64,000 nucleotides of DNA from Trueperaceae bacterium (GTDB lineage Bacteria > Deinococcota > Deinococci > Deinococcales > Trueperaceae), in contig JAXHNB010000002.1 of assembly GCA_034520945.1 (NCBI GenBank), positions 1 through 64,000 on the forward strand, given 5' to 3'. The translations under genes and the position numbers were made by a program. The notes under the pieces were generated by a model that worked only from the letters and a program-made list of their open reading frames with translations, had not been told where the DNA came from and ran no database searches. Within the stretch, counting starts at the first letter, position 1. Every line of letters starts with the position of its first letter. Of the stretch, positions 57,696-64,000 are shown piece by piece.

Positions 57696-57737
57696 CGGCC
57701 TACCCTGCACGGACGTCGGGCGCGCGGCAGGGTGCGC

Positions 57738-58346
57738 CTACTCGCCGCGGCCCCGCACCGGCGTCCACCAACGAAAGCTGCGCGCCACGTCGTCGAACGG
57801 GTCCCAGTCGAAGCTTTCCCAGCGCATGATGCGGACCACCCCGTCGTCGCTCGGCACCAGGTAGCTGGACTCGCGGTAGGGCGTCCCGTCGCCCGCGTGG
57901 TAGGTGACCGTGACCCGCACGCCCTCCGTGCCGGGGCCCAGCGCCACCTGCTCGGTGTCGGCGTCCGGACCGTACTGCTCCTTCAGCTGCGCCTCCACGC
58001 TGGTGTCGCGCAAGAAGACGAGGCTCATGTCGGGGACCGTGGGTTCGCCCAGGTGCGTGGTGTGCACGTAGTAGCTGGCGCCGGACGCCGCCACGCGGTG
58101 CGTGCTCGGCACGTCCAGGGCGAAGCCCCGCGCGGTGTCGACGAAGGTGTGCCACTCCATGGGCGCTTCGTGCGGGGGCGGCATGGTCTGCGGACCCGGC
58201 ACCATGGGCGTGTCGTCGCCTCGGTCCTGCGCCCACGCCGCGCTCAGCAGCAGCGCAAGCGCCGCCGCGCTCGCCAACGCGCGCCACCGCTGCCCGCGAC
58301 TCCCGCCATGGAAACGAGGGAGCCGGGGCCGAAGGGACCGTGCCAT
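57738..58346 (-). CDS. Hypothetical exported protein
   Basis: TAGACT 6 nt before ATG; signal-like ALASAAALALLLSAAWAQ; acidic mature part. Confidence 0.65.
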   Translation of the reverse strand: MARSLRPRLPRFHGGSRGQRWRALASAAALALLLSAAWAQDRGDDTPMVPGPQTMPPPHEAPMEWHTFVDTARGFALDVPSTHRVAASGASYYVHTTHLGEPTVPDMSLVFLRDTSVEAQLKEQYGPDADTEQVALGPGTEGVRVTVTYHAGDGTPYRESSYLVPSDDGVVRIMRWESFDWDPFDDVARSFRWWTPVRGRGE

Positions 58347-58355
58347 GGGGCGAGT

Positions 58356-61300
58356 CTAGCCGACCCGGAACGCGGCGGCGAGCGCCGCCGCCAGCGCGTG
58401 CGCCTCGTCCCAACGGTGCTCGTCGTGCCCGAGCTGCTGGACCAGGACCTGGTACACGCGCCGCGTCCGGGCGTGCGCGTCCAAGGGGGGCGCGGGTCCA
58501 CGAACCCTTCTTGCTGGAGGAAGCTGGCCAGTTCCTCGCGCTTGTCGCTGCGGAAGCCGGAGACGCGGCCTTCCTCCAGCGCGTCCAGGAGGTCGGCGGC
58601 GTCGCCGTTCAGTTCCTGGGCCAACGCATCGACGCGGTCCAGGAAGGTCTCGCTCACGGCGCCCGACCTCTCGAGAGCGGCGCGGTCGACGGGGCGGCCG
58701 CGTCCTTCGCGCCACGCCTGCAGCCACGCCCGAGCGGCCGCCACGCGCGCGGTGAGCAGGGGGGTGGTGTCGCCTGGCAGCAGGTGCTCGGCGGCGGGGG
58801 ACGCCAGGAGACCTTCGAGCTGGCCGGCGCGCTCGACCCCCAGGCAGAGCAGGCGCCAGGTCAGGGCCAGGTCGTCGCGCAGGAGGTGGAACACGTGCAC
58901 GGCGCCCGCGTCCTGCCACGGGTCGGCCGCGGGCACGGCGATCCGGGTGGCGTACGCCTCGGGCGTGTCACCTCCGGGGTGGGGTGGCCGTTCGCGCGGG
59001 GGCAGCGCGAGCGTGCCGGGGTCAATGATGGCGTGTTGGTCGGCCCGAAGCCGGCCGAGGTCGATCACGTGCGGCGTTTCGTCCGGTGAGGCGTCCTCGT
59101 CGCTCCCGCCGGCACTGCGCCAGAACGCCGCGTCGTCGGCGCGGGCGGTGAGGTAGAACACCTGCCTGCCCTGCTGGCGCGCCACCTGCCGTAGCGCGTC
59201 CGCGACGGCGTGAAACCGTTCGGGGTCGGCGGTGGTGAGGGCCTCGTCCAGGAACAACGGAAGCGGTTCGCGCCCCCGTTCGGCCTCGGTGGCGAAGGAG
59301 ATGCGGACGGCCAGCAGGAGCTGGGCGAGCGTACCGGTGGACAGTTCGCTCGGGGCGCGCCAGCGGCCGGTGGCGGTCTCGTAGGCACGGAAGGCGGGCC
59401 CCTCATCGCCTGGTTGGAACGCCAGCCGGTAGCGGTGGTGCGTGAACCGCGCGAAGGCGTCGGCCGCGCGTCGCAGCGTCGCGGGGCGGTGCTCGCTGCG
59501 GTGGGCCGCCTCGACCTGGTCCAACAGGAACGCGCCGGCGGTGGCCCAGGTCGCCTCTTCGAGCCGGTCGCGCAAGCGGTCCTCGGCTGCCTGCCGTGCG
59601 GCGTTCGCGGCTTCCAACCGGCGGGCGGTGGCGGCGTGGTCGACCTCCGCTTCGATGGCGGCGATCTCCTTGGTGAGCGCATCGGCGCGGTGTTGCGCCT
59701 GTTCGCTCTCGGTGTGAAGGGCGCCCAGCGTGCCGCCGGTTGCCGTCCGCGCTGCCTCCAGGATCTCGGGATGCTCGTTCAGGCGACGTTCCGCCGCCTC
59801 CGCCCCTGCGCGCACGCGCGCCCGTTCGTCCACCCGTTCGCGGTACGCGTCCAGCAGGTCCATGCGGGCGCGAAGCTCGTGCTCCAATGCGCGCGCGTCG
59901 GCGTCGGCCAACGCCTGCTCGGCGTCGCTGTCGCCCAGCAGGCCGGCGTGCTCGAACACGCTTCGGCGCTGCGCACGGGCCTCCTCCAGGCGGGCGCGGG
60001 CGGCGTCGATGCGATCAAAGGCACGCGCCGCCTCGGCCGCGGCGGCGTCGCGGGCCCGCACCCGCTCCGCCAGCGCCTCCAGCGCGCGTTCCAGCATGAC
60101 GCTGTCCGGGCTCATCGCCTCGGGGGCCGCTCGGTAGCGCGCTAGGAATCCCAGCACGTCCTGCCGGCCTCGGGCGAGGGCCGTCTCCAGGCGCACCCGT
60201 TCGGCGCCGGCCGCGGCCGCGGCCCGATGGGTTCGGTCCCGTTCGTCCACCAGCCGCAACCAGCGTTGCAGCGAGCCGTCGAGGTGGCGCGGGTCGAAGC
60301 CCAGCGTTTCGGCCCGTGCCTGCAGGCGTTTCGCTTCGGCGTCCAGACGTTCACGGGTGCGGGCACGCTGCCGTTCCAGGGTGGCGCGCCGTTCGTCGTC
60401 CAGCGCCCGCGTTCGTGCTTCGGCGATCTCCCGTTCGAGCCGGTCGAGCTGCTGGTGCACGGCGTCCGCGGTCCAGTCGGCCGGCGCGGGAAGTCCCGTG
60501 TCCCGGTACGCCTCCCGGGTGCGGGCGCGACGCCGTGCGTGCGGCCGCGCGGGCGACAGCGCCGCCAAGCCCACGGCGGCGGCCAACGCCGTCAGGGCGT
60601 AGGCGGGGTGGACCGCGGTGGCGGCCCACGCCGCCACGGCGACGGCGGCGATCACCGTGACCAGGCCGATCCGGCGCCGCAGGGGCCAGGACGGCTGGTG
60701 CGCGCGCAGCCACGCTGCCAGGTGCCGCCGGCCCTCGTCCAGCACGACGGGGTCGGGCGCCTCCGCGGCCGGTGCCGGCAGGGCGTCCAGGGCGGCTTCG
60801 AGCGCGGCGCGTTCGGCGTCCAGCGCGCGCTTGGCCTCGAGCTCCGTCTCGGCGGCGCGGACCGTGTCGGGACCCAGCCGCGCGGCGGCCTCGGGCGCTG
60901 GCGCGCCGAGGTCCTCGCGGGCGGCCCGCAGGCGGATGCGCTGCGCCGCCTCCTCCCGGGCCTGCGCGGCGTACGTCCCCTCCTGCGTGCGCAGGTGGGC
61001 CACCGCGGCGCGCCACGGTTCCAAGTCGGCATCGGACGGCTGGTGCGGGTCCAGGCCGGTGTGGTGCGTCCGCCGCTGCGCCTCGGCCTGGTCCCGTTCG
61101 GCCGCGGCGAGCGCGCGCGTCGCCTGGTCGTGCGCGTTGTGCGCCGTGTCCAGTTGCCGCAGCAGGTCGCCGTGCAGCAGCTCCATGCCGGGCGGAAACG
61201 CCTCCAACGCCACCTCGAGCTCCCGCATGCGGGCCTCGGCGGCGTGAAGCTCCCGGGCGGCCTGATAGGCGGGCGCCCGGGCGGCCTCGCGCCGGCACGC

Positions 61301-61870
61301 CTGCAGGCGGCTTCGCAGGTCGGCCAGGCGTGCCTGGTCCGCGGCCAGGGCTTCGTGCGCGCGCTGGGCGGCGCGCACCTCGTCCTCGGCGTGCGCCAGG
61401 GCCTGCCGTTCGGCCTGCCCGTGCCGCGCCTTGAGGGTGAATCCCGCCGCCTCGCGCGCCGCGTTCAGGTCGTAGCCCCCGCTGGCTTCGCGGGCCAACG
61501 CCTCGGCGATCCGCGCGTCGGTGTCGCCGAGGGCGGTGAGATCCTCGATGCGGAGGGTGTAGCACGGCAGCAGGTGCGGTTCGGGAAGCGGGGGGGCCGC
61601 GATCCGTACGCCTGCCCGGTGCCACGCCACCTCGTCGCCGATGCGGTGCGCCTGCAGCGTGCCCTCGTCGTCCTCGAAGTCGGCTTCGACGGTGACGCCG
61701 CGTGCGCGGTAGGCGCTCGGGTCCAGCAACGCCACGACCGCGCGAACCACGCTGCTCTTGCCCGAGGCGTTGGGGCCGACCAGCACGTTGATGCCGCCGC
61801 TCAGGCCGTCCAGCTGAAACGGCGTCTCGATCCCGGGCAGACGGTCGATGCGGAGGCGGGCGAGCTTCAC
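58356..61870 (-). CDS. YhaN-like Rad50/SbcC-type coiled-coil ATPase; apparent 1-nt deletion in the G6 run at 58485-58490
   Basis: GPNASGKSS Walker A, long coiled coil, two central hydrophobic helices, LSTGT signature and LFLDE Walker B; the corrected frame ends at 58356. Confidence 0.85.
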
Positions 61871-63156
61871 GAAGCGAGGTCCTCACGCTGGGCCAACAGC
61901 ACGTCCAGCGCGCGCAGGGCGGCCGCATCCAGCAGTTCGGCGATTCGTTCGTCGTCCAACGGCTCGGTGCCGACGTCGCGAAGGTAGCGACTCTCCCGCA
62001 CGCTCCGGAGGTGGGGTCGCGCCTCCTGGATCAGGTCCTGGCGGGCCGGATCGTCCTGGCCCTCGCGGAGCAGCAGCAGGCGTGCCGCCACCAGGCCGAC
62101 GGGGTCGCTGGCGTGCGCCAGCGCGTGCAGGTCGACCTCGGGCAGGGCGTCCAGATGCCAGGCGTGCACGAAGTAGGCGACATCGCCGCGGTGCTGCACG
62201 CTGCGCCTGGGGTCGTCCGCCTCGAGGAGGCGCCGGATCTCCCGCCGGTAGCGGGTGCGGCCGCCCAGACGCAGGCGGCACCCCACGGCGCGTGGGCGGT
62301 GCGTCCCGCTCGCCACCCGCCGGTCCAACGCGTCCAGCGCGGCGGCGATGCGGACGTGTACCTGCTCGGGCGCCGCCAACTCGCTGACGTCGATGGGCAC
62401 CTCCTCCCACCGGAGGGGCGCCAGCGGTAGGTGCGTCACGGACAGTGTGCCGTCCTGGGTCACCTCGAGGAGCCAGGGGCCGTGCGGGCCGGGCTCGCCC
62501 GGGTCGGTGCCGACCAGCGAGCCGAGGTACCCCATCGGGCGCGGCCCGGGCGCGAGGTCGGGGGCGTGGAGGTGCCCCAGCAGCCAGGCGTCCACGGGGG
62601 CGGCGCGCAGGTCGGCGCTGCGGACCGGGGCGTAGGGGCTGCCGCTCGCGTCCCGGTCGGCGTGCAGCAGGCCGATCACGGGGAGCGCGTCCTCGCGCGG
62701 GGGCAGCCCGTCCGCGAGCGGGTCGCCGGGTGCGGTGTCGTGCGGGAACGACCAGCCCAGGATGTGGGCCTGCACCCCGTCTGCGCCGGTGAGCGTCTCG
62801 GCCTGCCAGCGGCCGTCGCGGCCGAGCAATGTCACGCCGGACACCGCCTCCGCCAGTCGGGGCAGGACGCGCACGTCGTGGTTGCCGGACACCGCCAGCA
62901 CCCGGATTCCGGCGTCGGCCAGCTCCTCGGCGCCACTGCGCAGGTCGGCGTACGCTTCGAAGAAGTCGCTGTCGTCGTCGACCACGTCGCCGGCCAAGAG
63001 CACGGCGTCCACCGACAGCTGGCGCGCCTCCGCCACCGTGCGGCGCCAGGCGGCGGCGGGCCCCAGCTCCGCCGCGCGCACGCTGGGCGCGAGCCCCTCT
63101 GGCAGCCGCGAGGGTTGACGGCCGAGGTGAAGGTCCGCGCAGCACAGCAGCTTCAT
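61867..63156 (-). CDS. YhaO-like Mre11/SbcD metallophosphoesterase nuclease
   Basis: ADLHLG, AGDVVD, GNHD and LGHLH; GTGA-coupled to the ATPase. Confidence 0.9.
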   Translation of the reverse strand: MKLLCCADLHLGRQPSRLPEGLAPSVRAAELGPAAAWRRTVAEARQLSVDAVLLAGDVVDDDSDFFEAYADLRSGAEELADAGIRVLAVSGNHDVRVLPRLAEAVSGVTLLGRDGRWQAETLTGADGVQAHILGWSFPHDTAPGDPLADGLPPREDALPVIGLLHADRDASGSPYAPVRSADLRAAPVDAWLLGHLHAPDLAPGPRPMGYLGSLVGTDPGEPGPHGPWLLEVTQDGTLSVTHLPLAPLRWEEVPIDVSELAAPEQVHVRIAAALDALDRRVASGTHRPRAVGCRLRLGGRTRYRREIRRLLEADDPRRSVQHRGDVAYFVHAWHLDALPEVDLHALAHASDPVGLVAARLLLLREGQDDPARQDLIQEARPHLRSVRESRYLRDVGTEPLDDERIAELLDAAALRALDVLLAQREDLAS

Positions 63157-63253
63157 GTGCGTTCCATCGTCGCACGCGCGCGCCAGGCGCGGGCCAGGAG
63201 CCGGGTGTGCGGCCCACGGAGCGTGGGCCGCGGCCGAAGGACGCCGGGCAGCC

Positions 63254-64000
63254 TCAGGCGCCGATGCCGACCAGGGGATCGCCCTGGTTGATCGCCAGGC
63301 TGCTCACCCCGAACAGGACGCGCCCGTCGATGGGGCTGACGGCCTCCTGCAGCGGTTCGCCCAGCAGGGAGCGCAGCGTGCCCACCGCCTGGCCGGCTCG
63401 GAGGCGCTGGCCGGCGGTGACGGTCGGATACCACAGGCCGTCGTGCTCGGCGCGCAGCCACGCGAACTCCCGTAGCACCGTCGCGTCCGGCGCCTCCCCT
63501 TCGCCGTCGCGCATGCCGAGGTGCGCCATGACGCGCGTCACGCCGTCCGCCAGGCGGCCCACCTCCGCCTCGGGGCGCAGTCCCTGGCCGCTGGCCTCCG
63601 GCAGGATCGCCGGGATGCTCCGCGCCGCGGCGGCGGTGATGGTCGACCCGAACCCCTCGGACGCGATCAGGGTGGGGATGCCGAACGCGCGGGCGAGCGC
63701 CTCTGCGGCACCGTCGCCGGCCGCGAAGAGCGTGAACGGGTCCAGGGGCTCGATCAGGTCGCCGCCGTGCAGGTCCACGTACGCGTCGGCGGCGGCGATG
63801 AACTCGGTCGTGAACCAGTGCGCCAGCCGCTGCGAGAACGTCCCGCTCGCGTCGCCCGGGAACTGGCGGTTGAGGTTCTTGCCGTCCACGGGGTTCACGT
63901 AGATGGTTCGGGCGAAGAACGACGGCGGGCACAGGATCGGCACCACCACCAGCGTGCCGCGGAGCGTGGCGGGATCTACGTCCATCGCCCGGTAGGCCGC
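63254..64000 (-). CDS. Succinylglutamate desuccinylase/aspartoacylase (AstE/AspA) family protein; 5' end outside the window
   Basis: DGKNLNRQFPG, VDLHGG and C-terminal SPIDG barrel-sandwich domain. Confidence 0.85.
   Translation of the reverse strand, partial: AAYRAMDVDPATLRGTLVVVPILCPPSFFARTIYVNPVDGKNLNRQFPGDASGTFSQRLAHWFTTEFIAAADAYVDLHGGDLIEPLDPFTLFAAGDGAAEALARAFGIPTLIASEGFGSTITAAAARSIPAILPEASGQGLRPEAEVGRLADGVTRVMAHLGMRDGEGEAPDATVLREFAWLRAEHDGLWYPTVTAGQRLRAGQAVGTLRSLLGEPLQEAVSPIDGRVLFGVSSLAINQGDPLVGIGA

Noticed and set aside
58244..58490. ORF-track C-terminus of the ATPase extending to 58244
   Set aside because: It overlaps the next gene and its promoter and reads as off-frame; one added base gives a stop at 58356.
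56..63932. Many long alternative-frame and antisense ORFs (e.g. 4136..5962+, 22039..23856+, 49988..51811-, 60227..61987+)
   Set aside because: Shadow ORFs typical of high-GC DNA: Arg/Pro/Gly-rich, no motifs, and overlapping well-supported genes.

Overview
High-GC bacterial DNA, most likely Deinococcota (Trueperaceae-like). This is inferred from -10 boxes lying directly upstream of start codons, the carotenoid gene set and acidic solute-binding proteins; no marker gene is present. The window is a dense carbohydrate-scavenging region followed by a carotenoid operon and a DNA-repair pair. (1) 1-14215: LacI-controlled hexuronate locus with a TRAP transporter, uxaC, uxaE, an SDR reductase, a LarA-family (GntE-like) epimerase, a phosphoribosyltransferase-gluconokinase fusion, a solitary ECF S-component and three Gfo/Idh/MocA oxidoreductases. 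(2) 14.3-22 kb: an OppC remnant, a methyltransferase, an AKR-RidA fusion, an AKR, an XRE regulator with a membrane protein, and a polytopic Mo-enzyme. (3) 22-34 kb: a sugar ABC operon with a racemase and a shikimate-DH-like gene, then a ROK/SIS/SDR/FAD/PTE cluster. (4) 34.5-39 kb: ABC transporter plus GH32. (5) 39-47 kb: ROK regulator, ABC transporter, GH84 O-GlcNAcase-like gene coupled to a GNAT, SIS protein and GlcNAc kinase. (6) 47-52 kb: ABC transporter plus FGGY kinase. (7) 52.5-57.7 kb: TetR-crtB-cyclase-acyltransferase-GT2-P450. (8) 58-64 kb: yhaO/yhaN-like Mre11/Rad50 pair and an AstE/AspA-family gene. I found no rRNA, tRNA, CRISPR array or transposase. Several single-base frameshifts look like consensus errors. 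The best candidate for a novel system is the S-component plus PRTase embedded in the nickel-pincer-dependent hexuronate pathway, possibly a cofactor salvage module. All functional calls come from motif recognition; no searches were run.
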